Shown here: positions 13,020-26,030 of the stretch, piece after piece
How positions within the stretch are numbered: the first letter of the stretch is position 1
Layout: every line of letters begins with the position of its first letter
Assembly (NCBI GenBank): GCA_951406725.2
Contig: CATOCA020000001.1
Location: forward strand, 4,216,001-4,280,000
Source: Octopus vulgaris
Taxonomy: Eukaryota
DNA length: 64,000 bases
Direction: 5' to 3'
Program-made: the position numbers and the translations under genes
Notes under the pieces: model-generated
Told to the model about the DNA's origin: nothing
Database searches by the model: none
The model's input: the letters and a program-made list of their open reading frames with translations, nothing else

Positions 13020-13775
13020 GAATGTGTGCGAACCTCGTCCCCGTAGTGGTGTCCCTTTTACCTGTCGATATAGTTTATTATCGAATCTAAAGGTGTTGTC
13101 TTCTAGTTCCCGGCGTGTGTCTTTGGAAATGCGTTTTGAAGCGTTCGTCCATCCGTCCGCTATGTTTTTCTACCCAGTGTTTGATTGCTTCCAGGCCCAA
13201 AGTGTGATGTATTAGTATAAAGATTAGTCAAATCTTTTAAATATAGTACGTTCTGGGACAGTGGGTGGAATGTGTTTGAGGAAATCCTTATCGTCTCGGG
13301 TATAGCTGGCCATTAATGGGCATAACGGTTTGAGGAGTATATCCAAAAGATGGCTCAGTTGTTGTGTTGGGGCTCAAGGTCCAGCAACTGTTGGTCTCAA
13401 TTTGATGTCAGTAGGTCTTAGTATTTTTATATGCTGATCCTTGCATTTTGGAGCATTCGTGGATCTTGGGTGATCCATAGAAATTACTCTCTTTCATTAC
13501 AGAGCTGCATAAATAATCTTTCTCTTTATCTGTGAACGAACGTTGGTATTCATTTATCAGACTTTTGAGTGTATTCATTATTACTTTTTCCGGGTGTCTT
13601 GGTTCTTCCTTGTAGCAGGATTGGTCTGTTTCCAATATTTTATCTTTATAGTAGTTTTGGTCCGTGACTGCTTTCACCCTTCCCCAATCGGTTTCTTTTA
13701 GGATGATTGAATTGTCATTCTTCAGTTTGTAAGCTTCCTTTTCTTCTTCATGAAGGTTCTGTTTGCATTTACGGA
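13020..13775 (-). mobile_element. Degraded Penelope-like element RT fragment
   Basis: Frameshifted motifs FYGSPKIH, RPTVAG, DLTNLYTN and FRFDNKLYRQVKGT, typical of PLE reverse transcriptases. Confidence 0.8.
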
Positions 13776-16111
13776 TATTTTATTATATAAGATATAAAAC
13801 AGATTTAAGTCACTACGTAAAGTGTGAATGAAAACACACATGCATGTAAAATATGAGAAAAGAATGGATGTTCAAAATATTTGTGATTTGAATTAGATTT
13901 ACAAAGCCTTCGTTGCAACATCAGTATTCAGTGGAAGATATTTTTATCATCTCAGAAGTCAGCTTTATTTATAAATATCTTGTTTCTGTCCAATGAACAT
14001 TCTATTTGTTATTACACTTTGCTGTAAAAAGTAATTTATCTTTGCAAAAGTAAACTCCTTTCCTTTGCATAATTGATGCATAAAAGCTCTTCACAAAAAT
14101 AAACCCCCAAAACTTCAAGACTGAAATAATAGACTAGGAAGGAAAACATAACAGAAATAGAAAGGGATTTATTAATAGAACTGGTGAAGGTAGAGTGGGG
14201 AAACCCTGATATAATTTTGAGTCATGTGCTACAAAGGAGAACAACCTTACATGGTGATTTAACTGGCTTAGGGTGTTATTTAAAAAAGGGATGTGATTAC
14301 ATACATTGCCTTAGTTTTTTCGTCTTTTTTTAGTCCTTTGCTTCTTTTTCTTGCTGTATTAAACCTCAGTTTGTTCCCATTATTAACTACCTATGCTAAA
14401 TTCTTCATCCCCTAAGTAGCATCCCTCTTCATTATTCCTGTAAAGGTTGACCTGCAACAGCTCAAACGGAATATTAATGATATCTGCCTCACAAGTATTG
14501 GAGATCTTGCAGGAGTTATAAAACGTGTCTGATCCTTTTTTCAAAATCGGTAAAATAAAAAGTGTGGGATTTTAACTCAGATCACAAAGAACTGGACAAT
14601 ATACTGCAAGGTGTCATATTCGACGTCGTCATAGTTGCATTTGTTCATTGAACTGTTATAAGTTTTTATTGATCTCAGAAATGAATGACGCAAGGTTGAC
14701 CTTGGCGGGACTTGAAGTCAGATTGCCGTGTGTCAGAACGCAATGTATTCTGCTAGACGGTCAAATGATTTGTGCCAAACCTCGCTCAAGTTATGAACGA
14801 TGAAAATATCTAACTTATTAAACAGAACTTCAACTTTACTATTCAACATCTTGAGTTATACGAGATTTAGGAATTCCATTATTGAAACTTTTCTCTTTAT
14901 TTTACATTAGGATTTCTCATTTTGTCGAAACGTTCCAAATGTTTTGAGAAATAGATCTGATCGAATGAATTGATCCACTTTAGTATTAGAATATTTTATT
15001 AAAACTGAAAGTTTAAGGTGATTAATGCAATGATGCAAGCCAATTAACTGGAAATAATCACCTGGAAGAGCAATGTGTTGCAACAGAGTATTTGTTATGA
15101 TTGATGTATCAAATAATTAGTCTTTTTTATTCTATTCCATTTCTTGAGACGTTAAATTTTAATAATTTACTTAAAAATTACGTAAGTTTTCAGGTGAACG
15201 GGGATACATCAATCAGCCGAAACTTCAATTAAGCTTGCATAATTTTGTAATAAGGTTTATTGTGTTCATGATAGGGTAAATTTTACTGATGACATTCTAT
15301 CAAAAATAAATTCCTCAAACTTTGTTCAAACAACACTATTTTGATTTCTTCACTTAGGTATTTTTAGAATTTGGTAATTTAAGCGGATCTCGTCATTATC
15401 TGCTGTTTAATCCATCTGTTTCATTTTTAATTATAAAAATAATAATTTCTTCTATAGGAACAAACCTGAAATTTTGGGAAAGGGACAAGTCCTTTACATT
15501 GATTTCAGAGATTAATTGCTATTTATTTTACCGACTCCAAAAGAATGAAAAGCAAAGTCAACCTCGACAGAATTTAAAATTGAAACGTAAAGACGAACGA
15601 AATACCGCTTAACATTTTGTCTGGCGTGCACAACGATTCTGATAGCTCGGTGCATATTCTATTATAAAATTAACACAAACAATAATTAACAATTATTCTG
15701 TGACACGATCAACTGATATTATATCATATTACTGTAATAATAAGCAACAATTCAACTAATTAATGATATAATATAACTATGTGGAATACACGTTTTCTTA
15801 GCACTAAAGTTTTTACACTGTCCGTTCATTGAATATACCGTAAGATTTGATAAGTTCAGACAAATGACATCAAAGTCAGATACAAGTCATATCCAATCTC
15901 TGTGTATGCGATGTTATATATTATAAATTCAATATGGTAGGAAACAGTTTATTTGACTTCACAACAGGTAACATATCGATTTGTTTTACTCTAACATAAG
16001 ATTGTGCTTAAAGCTGTGAGATAAACAGCATAAGCGATTAGCTGAGAACATAATCAATGAGAATTTAAAATATTGGATGTGGAAAATATGTAGAAAGTGT
16101 CAAATACTTAC

Positions 16112-16302
16112 AAATATTCAACATTCGTCGGAATTGGTTGTGGAATCGATGGTAAATTGCGATGTGCACAATTTATATTTGTTGTAAGTGAATTGCAAGT
16201 ACATATCTTGCATATATCTGAATCAGCTTGAGTCTCCAAAAACAATATCGTACACAGTATCAACACAAGAGACCGTCTATATGATACTACGTGGTGAAAC
16301 AT
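16112..16302 (-). CDS. First coding exon of a secreted/cell-surface LRR protein: signal peptide + LRRNT cap (MFHHVVSYRRSLVLILCTILFLETQADSDICKICTCNSLTTNINCAHRNLPSIPQPIPTNVEYL)
   Basis: Hydrophobic N-terminus, then C-x2-C-x-C-x8-C and LPSIPxPIPxxxxxL typical of LRRNT. Acceptor ttttcttcttttacag lies just above 16322 and a phase-2 donor TT|gtaagt at 16112. An upstream exon is implied but not located. Confidence 0.9.
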
Positions 16303-16849
16303 ATTGCCAGGCGTAGATTTATCTGTAAAAGAAGAAAATAGGAAATGTCAGAGATTTCAATGTTATTAACTTCAAATTGCAGATTCTCCGAAGGAACTAA
16401 AATTCACCCCTGTTCCACATGACAAACATATTTTTGTTTTCGTGATTGGATATTTAAAGCTAAAAAATTAAATTTCGATAAATTAGTGTGAAGAAATTTA
16501 TAAAAATATTATAGCTTTAACGCGTAATAATATCAAAGAAAACACCAAACACACACACACAAACACAAACGCACTCCTACATACATCTGTAACCATACTC
16601 GGGGGGGGGTCTAATATATATACAAAACTAACGAACCATGAGCTTCGTGGACCCTAAATACGCAGTGGTTGTAAACCCAGTTGGGTCGTTAAATCCGATG
16701 GGACCCCACAAGCAACTGTACTGTACCGAGGGATTTTTCCTGTACCCCAGGTTTAGAAGCGTTCATACAAATTTTTCCTCAAATACACTTTCATCATTTC
16801 ATTTTACTTAATTTTTTTAAATGAAAACAAAATAAAGCATGAACGTAAA

Positions 16850-17650
16850 TCTATGTATATAAAACTCAACTTGTGTGCCTGTCTGTGTATCTGTGTGTGT
16901 GTGTGTTTAACTTCCCGGGACATTTTCTCCTAGCCAACAAATCGTAGAACCACCAAACATGGGTCAATTAAAGTTTAGGCAAATGAAAATTGAACTGCGC
17001 TATTTCTGTTCCGAAATTCATATCGCAAGTGCAAAAATCGATAATGTGTTTGTTTAGGCCTTCTCCCATGCATTGAATAGTGAACTTTACTCAGTCAGCT
17101 GTTTGACGTGAACAGTGTTCACCACGCGTGCAAGCATGCGTAAATTTCATGAAAAATAAAAAATCAAGATATAAAAACGAATCGCCGTAAACATTGTAGA
17201 AATTCGGTAAAGAAATGAATTTTCGGGATGTAGCCAGGAGGGTTTTTTCGTATTAATCGTTTGAACTTTGTGAACTCATACCATTTGTTTTCATAAAATT
17301 TTTAACGCTTTGAATTAAATGTGACCATTTTGCGTTGCGTCTGCAGTTTGAATCACTTTAACCAAATCTTAGCAGGCCGGATTTTTGATCATCACGATAC
17401 ATCGCCAGCGACTCCCTGAAACTCTCCTCTGATGTCCCCTTTGAGAAATACTGATCTAAAAGAATAATTCAATTATGCAATTATTTGATCAACAAAAATT
17501 TATGAAACGCTTCTTCGTACTTCCTATTGAGGAAATGGAACACATAAGCGCAAAAATAGAGGGCACTAAATGCTTGATTTTAAAACCAAGTTTAGCTTAA
17601 TTCGCGCGTGCATAGAACGCACGAGCGCACGAGCCGGGCAATACTGCTAG
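16850..17650 (+). mobile_element. Non-autonomous Helitron in the intron upstream of the LRRNT exon
   Basis: A|TCTATGTATATAAAA 5' end, internal (TG)n, GC-rich subterminal segment (gcgcacgagccgggc) and CTAG|T 3' end; AT target, no TSD. Confidence 0.65.
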
Positions 17651-17850
17651 TGAACAAATGGACCTACATCAAACAAAGCAAATTTCTTTGGGGACATAAA
17701 TAGACACAAGAAAATAAAGAAAGTGGAAAAGGAAACAACAACAACAAAAGAAACATTGACAGCAAAACAAATTAAAAAGCTCTGAAAATTACATATACAC
17801 TAATATCTATTTATCAAACAATTTATATATCTCTCTCCCCTTACACACAT

Positions 17851-17953
<103 letters not shown>

Positions 17954-18489
17954 ATAATAAGGTATTCAAAACGTTGGATGATTATATATTTTTTATGTAT
18001 TTAAATTCTATTTACATTTTGGCGCTTGCTTCCATTATCGATAACTTTATATCTGTACATCACTTCAAACTCTCTCTCTCTCTCTCTCTCTTTATATATA
18101 TATATATATATATGTGTGTGTGGGGGGGTATGTATGTATGTATGTATGTATTGATAGATCGCTAGCCACTACACATTCTTTCTTTCTCTCCTTGTTTCTC
18201 TCCCTGTTTCTTTCCGTGTTCCTTTCTGTGGAAGAGCCTAGACTCGAAACGTTAAAAACTTTTTCGCTTCCCGAGCATTATACTAATACATCACTTTGTT
18301 TTCTACATCACCTGTCTTCGTCTTTTTTTTCTGAATTCTCCCTGTATATATATATATATATATATATTAGATATTTCTAATTTTGTTGTTTTGATTAACA
18401 TGAAAATGGCCTCCCTTTACATTCAAGAACTTACTACAACTGACCAACTCACCATCAACACCGTCACAACATCATCTCACTTCATATCA

Positions 18490-18553
<64 letters not shown>

Positions 18554-18618
18554 TTATTATCATCATTATATATATATTTTAATTTTATTATTATTATTAT
18601 CATTATTATTTTTAATAC

Positions 18619-18660
<42 letters not shown>

Positions 18661-19135
18661 TATTATAATTATTATTGCGTGAGAGAGCAGTCATCCCATC
18701 AAAGTGACACTGGGGTAAAATATACGAAACCCAGTATACACATCATGAATACCCGTCTGATAAGGGTACACCAGGCACATGCATCAAAACCATATGTGCG
18801 CAACATGGTGATCTCATATCAAAATAAACAGCACATGACCTTGCAGGTGGGGCCCAGTTAGAATTTTCTTCTGTTCGAGTATCCCATCCCGCTCAAAAGG
18901 TCGTGAGTCAAGTTGTCTGATCTTTTGGGTATATATTTTTTTGTTTATTCATATCATTTATCTAATTTTAATCTAATTATTTTATTATTACAAAAATGAA
19001 TTCATTAAATTAATTTAATTCTTTTTTACTACTTATTTTATTCTAATTATCTTTATTTAGTTATTTTTATTTGTAGAACCTAATTTAAGGGTTTATACAC
19101 CTGTCATATCAATTATCAATATATAGTGCCCCAAA

Positions 19136-21630
19136 TTGAATAACAAAGGACCAAAATTTGACGTTCGTTCATTTCAAGATTTCTGGAGCACTGAGTATGG
19201 ATTTGTACAGCAAAATCATCGAGTTGTGTGTGCGTTCTGCTGTGAATTTGTCGTATGTCGTACATCAAGTGTACAAAGACACTATCAAACTAGACACCAG
19301 ACTATGTCTAAAAACGCTGATGAAAAAATGCAAATCATAAAAAGGGCTATTTCTAGTTACAAATAAAGCACTTCTGTTTTTGTTCAAATGCTTGGAACCA
19401 ACAATGAAGCCAAATAATGTAGTTAGACAATTGCTCAATGTAGAGCTGAGAAAGGTAAACCTTTTACAGCCGGAGAATTTATCAAAAAAACTTTTCTGAG
19501 AATTGCTAAAATTTTTTTAAGTAATTAAACAAACGCTGAAAAAATACTGTCTCGAATTCAAGAAATACCAACTTCTGCATGATCAGTTGAGAGACGTATA
19601 ACTGATATAGCTGAAAACATAATTATAACACAGAAAGTTGGATTACAAAATGCTGCTGCATTCAGTGACCCTTATCGATGAAAGTACTGACATGAATGAC
19701 ATGGCGCACCTAGCAATTGTTGCAAGATACTGTGACAATGATCGTATTTACGAAGAATCATGTTGTTTGATTATTCCTCTTACCAATACATCTACAGGAC
19801 AGGACATTCTGACTGCATTTCTAAATTATTTCGAAAATCAAGCCATTAATATAAATAAAATGTTTTGTATTACTACTGGTGGTGCACGTGCAATGGGTGG
19901 AAAGGAAAAAAAAGATTTATTAAGCGTCTTGAAAATCATATTTCACGCAGTGTAATGTGTTTTAATTGCATTGTACATCAGGAAAATTTAGTTGCAAAAC
20001 TTTCGTCACAAAGCTTGAGTTCTGTCGTGGAAACTGTTGTTAAAATAGTTATCTTCATGGTTTCTCGCTCTTCACTGACTCACAGACAATTTAAGTCTCT
20101 TCTGCAAGAACTGGACAGCGAATATGCAGACTTCCCACTTCACAGTAAAGTCCTGCAGCGTAGACTCGGTTGAAATTCCTCTCTCCCATTTATTATATAT
20201 ACGTGCATTCGAGCGTAGCAGGGAACAGCTAGCCTTTTGCCGCTATTTGGATCCCGTTCTGTCCACTACTCTGATTAGTTGGTATTGGCGCAATTTGTCG
20301 CGCCAAACTGCCGCGTATAACCAGTCGGCGTCAGCCTGTTCACTACCCCGTTTTGGCCTACTTCTCCTTATAAACTCTCCGCCTTTTCTCTTTTCGTCTT
20401 TTGGTTCCAGACCTTTGAAGGTCTAGCCTCTGACCACAAGGACACAGCCAGTTCCAGAGACTTACCAACTTTGTCCAACAGCATTACAACAACCTCCGAC
20501 TTCGTCGCCATCACCATGTCCTTAGCGTCTTCAACATCATCTCTCTATGTACACAGCTCTGCAAGCGATGCACCCAGGTTCCAACACTTCACTGTTCATG
20601 AATTACTTCATCATGGGTCAACAACAAATATACAACCAGTATGAACTCCTGTACAAGTTACCCAGGCAGCAGCATCACAGCCACGACATCACGTTCAACA
20701 TGTACCTGTAACTGTCTCCTACATCTATGAAGCCACACGCATGCATTGTTCTCATGACGGCCTGTCTATCGTTCAGTATACATGATGCACACACAGACAC
20801 ATCTGTTAACATATCAATAAATCGTCTTTTAATCATTCTACGCGGTTGTCTCCTTTATCCATCTGGCAAATAGATGGTACTATCAATTTTCTCTTTATTG
20901 TAAGGGCTGTGTGATGTGGTACTAAAGAGCCATTCTTGTCACCTCGCATCGCACGGTCCTTACAGTCCGTTGGCTTTCTCGGGTAATGTTTTGAACAGAT
21001 TTGTATCATGCTTAGAAGAATATTTCTTGAAAGGAAACAGTTGCCAGAATTGAACAACGAAGACGGGTTATTTAAAATGATGCTTCTAAGTGACAGGTAC
21101 TTGAATGATTAAAATTTGCATTTACAAGAGAGAGGTCAAAATGTACTTGATGTTTTTGAATATTGGGAAGGATTTTAGTTAAAATTAGATTTTTTTTGGC
21201 GTGATACACTTAGCAATACATAAAAATACTTTCCAAATGTAAAAGCATATTCAAATCGATTTAATATTTAATAAAAAATGAACTTCAAAAATATATTGCA
21301 ACGTTGAAAGAAGAATTTTCCAAGTAAGATAAATATTTCGAAACAGATGCTCCTATATTTTCACTTCTCATCAAACCCGACTTTGAGGGATTTGAAAACG
21401 AACTCATTTCATCTCTCACATTTTGGCTAAAAAACAAATATACAGGGTAGTTTTGAAGTGGAAATGATTGAATTAACCACTTCAGAATTATGGGGAAAAA
21501 TTTATGGAATTACTAAAATCTCTTGAAGGAGGCAGCATAGAGAAGTCAGTTGCCACCTTCAATCGCTGGGAGACGTTGCCTGAAAGATTCAATTCTTTGA
21601 AGAAAATCGCCTCAGCTCTGCTTTCAGCCC
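19136..21630 (+). mobile_element. hAT transposase pseudogene (GTF2IRD2/EPM2AIP1/SPIN-like), interrupted
   Basis: BED-like CxxC..HxxxxH (VCAFC..RHYQTRH), LIDESTD, ITTGGARAM (TDGA-like), CIVHQENL and split HSKV|RWLSR; many stops and frameshifts. Confidence 0.85.
20154..20964 (+). mobile_element. Solo LTR (likely Ty3/Gypsy) inserted in the hAT transposase
   Basis: TG...CA termini, 4-bp TSD GTCC (20150-20153 / 20965-20968), AATAAA near 20815; removal restores KVRWLS. Confidence 0.8.
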
Positions 21631-21916
21631 AACATATACAGGATTACCCCAAAACAACAGAACCCATAACATTTCGGTTTCCGTCTACCAAATCCTCTCG
21701 TAAGGCTTTGGTCTGCCCGAGGCTATAGTAGAAGACACTTTCCCAAATTGCCATGCAGTGAAACTGAAACCTGGAACTATCTGCTTGCGAAGCATGTATC
21801 TTACCACATAGCCACGCCTATGCATGTGTGTTTATGTATAAGTCTATATACAGGATGAACAGGACAAACAAATATTTAAATAATAATTCTGACGTGCGTG
21901 TAACAACGTTATGGTC

Positions 21917-23113
21917 GCTTGGAACCAAATGCTCACCGACAAATGATAGTCAGGAACACCATTATTCTATTAAGTTGCATAGTTACAGAAAGATAGTGAG
22001 AGAGGGAAAAATAAATCATATATACGTGTGTGTGTGTAGATACAGATGTTAAATCTTAAAAGAAAAGTAACAAAAATTTATTTACCTCTATAAAGCCGAC
22101 TCCAAATATGACTTCAGTTTCAAATTATTTACTGAAATTAAAAGTTTTATCCACTTATCTGAATATTCTATTGCCTCATATAAATTTTTTGTCTCACGTT
22201 CCCGCTGCTATCCGATAAGCATACTGAATGAAATACCCTGTTGTAATAATTCTCTATATTTTTTAAAACGAGAGTGGCAGTATTTTCCCTTGATGTGTGT
22301 GATTGGCTGACATTCTTTAATATCCGGAAAATAAATCCATTTTCCAGCTAGTCACCATCCCTACACGTCAAGTGTTGAAATAGTCGCTGTGTAACATGAG
22401 ATGAAGTATCTTCTGCGCAATACACATCTCGGTCCTGTATTTGAAATCACGACCTTGTTATCGTGAGTAGCATCCTTAATCACGATTTCATGTGTCCTCG
22501 ACTTCTTTTATATTACCAAAACTTTATTTTTCATAAAACACCACTCGTCCCGGGATCTGAAATCATGACCTTAATCACGACTTCATGTGTACTCGACTTC
22601 TTTTATATTACCAAAACATTATTTTTCATATGTCCTGGCAACGCCCAGAGAATATTCTTATCTAATTGACGCTTTTCTAAAACAAACGCCATTGTTTTTA
22701 TCGATTATTTGGATGTCGATATCTGCTCAAGGACACGACCTCATCTCTCTAGTTACTAAAATGCAAACCCGACGAATTTTCCTCGTTTCACAGGATATAT
22801 TTCAGTTGGTTGTAAAGAATGCTTGTTGTTCACTGATGACAAGCCTATGATCAGAGGCTTTTCGGTCATGATCATCCCGTCGATTTACTTACATCGTAAT
22901 GTGTGTTGTGTTCTTTCCGTGGCTAAGACGGTAGTGTGTGAGACAATGGAATATCATTATCTCAAATGCTTACGATAGGGCTGATAGCGCAAATATACAA
23001 GTAATGGACATTCTTTAGTCCTGAAACCTACTTCTACAATAATCATTGTTATTCATCACATGATATGGATGTTAATTTTCATAGATATTTCCGAAACATA
23101 AGTCCGACCTTAC
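21917..23113. repeat. Segmental duplicate of ~35088-36187, with a more diverged partial third copy at ~32970-33440
   Basis: Colinear high similarity from ggaaccaaatgctcaccga to aagtccgaccttac. Confidence 0.9.
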
Positions 23114-23119
23114 AATTAA

Positions 23120-24800
23120 AGTTTTGCTTAGAAACTCTCTCTCCCTTTTCAGCTTCCTTTCAGCAACCAAAACCATGTCTCAAAATTACTATTTCCTGCA
23201 ACTATCTTTTCAGTTAGATAATCTCTCTTTTTTTTTCTGGTTTTAATTTCATTTGGCTTTTTCCTTTCCTATCTCCTACTATAACTCTTGCAACTCATAA
23301 ATTTTATTCACTATTATATACATCAACTCTAGCTAACTCTACGCTACCTTCTGCTGATATTGAAACTCAACCACCTTCGTTATTCTAAGTAAGTGCAATC
23401 TTGCTCTTCGTAATCGAGTCTGAAGTCCTCCATTCATATCGAATTCCTTCCTCGTTCTTCTGTCTAGATTTGCAAATTGAGATATTTTCCAATCAACAAA
23501 TTCTGCTGAATACCGACGTAACGACACTTCCCAAAGTTTTTACAACCTTTACTAGATTTAGAACACTAAGCTTTCCCTTTATTAGCCTTCACCCTTCCGA
23601 TGTACTCCTTATCTATTTCCATTGTTAGTACACTCTCAGATTCTAATGCTCCGAAGCACTTATGATTCTTTGCCTTCAGTGATTTTGCTCTCTTGCTGTC
23701 TGGCCTTCACTGCTGACTACCTGTCCCCTTTTTATGACTGATGTTGCGCACATATCTATGCCAAATTCCATGCCTATATCTTTGCTAAAGATTCCTACAA
23801 TTCGTATTAAGGAACCAAAAAGCTTCTAATCGTCCATCTTGAGCAAATGATTAATATTTCTTTTAACATCTCTAAACTGATACCCTGACTTTACCTTTCT
23901 TAGTACTAAATCGACGACAGTTAAGCATAACACAACTATTAAAGGAGGTAACGAGTCTACCTGGAGAATTCCTCACCTGATATTAACTTTCCCTAAGGCA
24001 GTGTCACCTGAGTAGAGATATAATTTCCAATTCTTTGCACTATTGCTGTAACTAATTAAGTCTCTTGTGTTGTCTGCAATACTGAATATACTCAAATATT
24101 CACTTATCCGTGAGTGTTGAATCATGCCATGTGATTTTATACTGTTGAAGTTTGCATTATCGATTTTAGAACTGTTTTCACTGTTTGTGATAGATCGTGC
24201 GTTCCTCTAGCCTTCTTTCTGCAAACATTTCAGTTCTTCTGGTAACAAATTCTGGTTGTCAAGTTACTTCTACATGTTTTCTGTGTGCATTCATGTTAAA
24301 AGTCTTTACATTGGGAATTTGCCTGGTTTTTGTCTATTTTGGCTTTTATGTAGTTAGTTATGAATGCCTGATCGTGTGCAGTTGCTTCCAAACAGTGTCT
24401 CCCTTTTCATTTTCCTTTCTGAAACCATATTTGTCTGTAACTGTCCCTTGGCTTTTCTTTCTGTACCATTTCTGTTCCACTGGTGCTTTGTAATTCATTT
24501 CTAAGAAGTCATACACCTAATTAGATATTATTCCTCTCATCAGCTTCAACATGTGGGGCAGACAGGTGATAGGCCGGTGATTATCCACTGCATTGGTTTG
24601 TTGGGATTCTTTTGGCAAAGAATTGTTTTACTTGTAGTCAGCCTCTTTGGGATTTGTACCCCGTTCTTGATCATTTTATATATTTGCTTGTCTTTTCTTC
24701 TGTGTAGTGCTGGGAAAATTTTCAGCCAATAACCTTCTACCCTATTCGGTCCTGGGTGTTTCCAATTTGGCGATTTAATCACTCTGGCCCACATTGATAG
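23120..24800 (-). mobile_element. Heavily degraded R4-clade non-LTR retrotransposon RT region
   Basis: KSPNWKHPGPNRVEGYWLK and other broken RT motifs of the same type as the 29-31 kb element. Confidence 0.6.
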
Positions 24801-25611
24801 TCAAATATACAATGAGGCGACTGGCGTTTATATATCTGTTTTTTTCTCATTCTTAATTACTAAACAATCCTCTCCTCTCAATTTACCCCCTCTCTCTCTC
24901 TCTCCTTTACTCACTTGATTTAATTTAACTCTCTATACTTATATACGATGACTATGCGAGAATCTGTGTCTGTGTATGTGTGCAAACAGACATTTTCTGT
25001 CCATCTCTAAACTCATACGTATTTATGTATATGAATGATCGCGTAATTATGTGTCTCTGACTGTGTGTATATCAATGGGAATATGCCACTGAATATGTGT
25101 GTGTGTCTTTCTGTGTGTGTGTGCATATGCTAGAGCGTGTGTGTATATGTATGTCTCTGTCTGTATGCATGTGTGTCTATACATTCATCCTCTTAACCCC
25201 TAAGTCAAACACACTCTCACTATATAGACTAATTTCTATATACTCTCATATATTTCTCATTCGCCTAATAATAGACTCTTCCAAGGCCTTCCAAATCTGA
25301 TTCCTTATCTGTTCAAAGATGCAACTGATAACTTCCATTATCCTTTGCCAGGGACTTTCCTACAAACTTTACTAACTCTTCGATCACGAAAATACCAAAC
25401 ACATTTATCTGAGAATTCCATGGTTTCCCAAAACACTGGTAACGAATAATATCCTCGATAAAGGATATTATGCATTTCTGCATTTTCTTCTTCTTCTTTC
25501 TCCAATGACGGAATGATTTGCTCAGATGGAATTCTTTACTCAATAACATGCTTAGCTATTCTAGAAACAACTCTAAGAGACTTTGTGCATATTTGTAACC
25601 ACTCTGCACAG

Positions 25612-25808
25612 TTCTTTTATTTGTTTCAGCCATTTCACTGCGGCAATGCTGGAGCACCGCCTTTTTAATCGAACTTATTATTTATAAGCCTTGTACTCAT
25701 TCTATGAGTCTCCTTTGCTGAACAACTAAATTACGAGGACGTAAATTCACCAACATCGGTTGTCAAGCGATGTTAGTGGACAAACACAGACACACAAACT
25801 CACACACA

Positions 25809-25858
<50 letters not shown>

Positions 25859-26030
25859 AACACACATGATGGGCTTATTTCAGTTTCCATCTTCCAGATC
25901 CACTCACAAGACTTTGGTCGGCCCGAGGCTATGATAGAACGCATTTTCCCAAGGTGCCACGCAGTGGGACTGAACCCCGAACCATGTGATTGGTAAGCAC
26001 GCTACTTACTAAACAGCCACTCCTGCGCCT
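25612..26030 (-). mobile_element. tRNA-derived SINE (Octopus-type family 1), near full length
   Basis: Reverse complement of the 60536-60964 element; A/B-box-like head, internal microsatellite. Confidence 0.85.

Noticed and set aside
16112-16302. Assigning a gene name (TLR, Slit, LGR/GRL101, VLR)
   Set aside because: Only LRRNT+LRRs are visible and the diagnostic C-terminal domains are outside the window. VLR is an analogy, not an orthology claim.
18225-18260. Hammerhead-like gaagagcctagactcgaaacg
   Set aside because: The core positions do not fit N3-U-G-A-N-N8-A cleanly and helix I is not evident.
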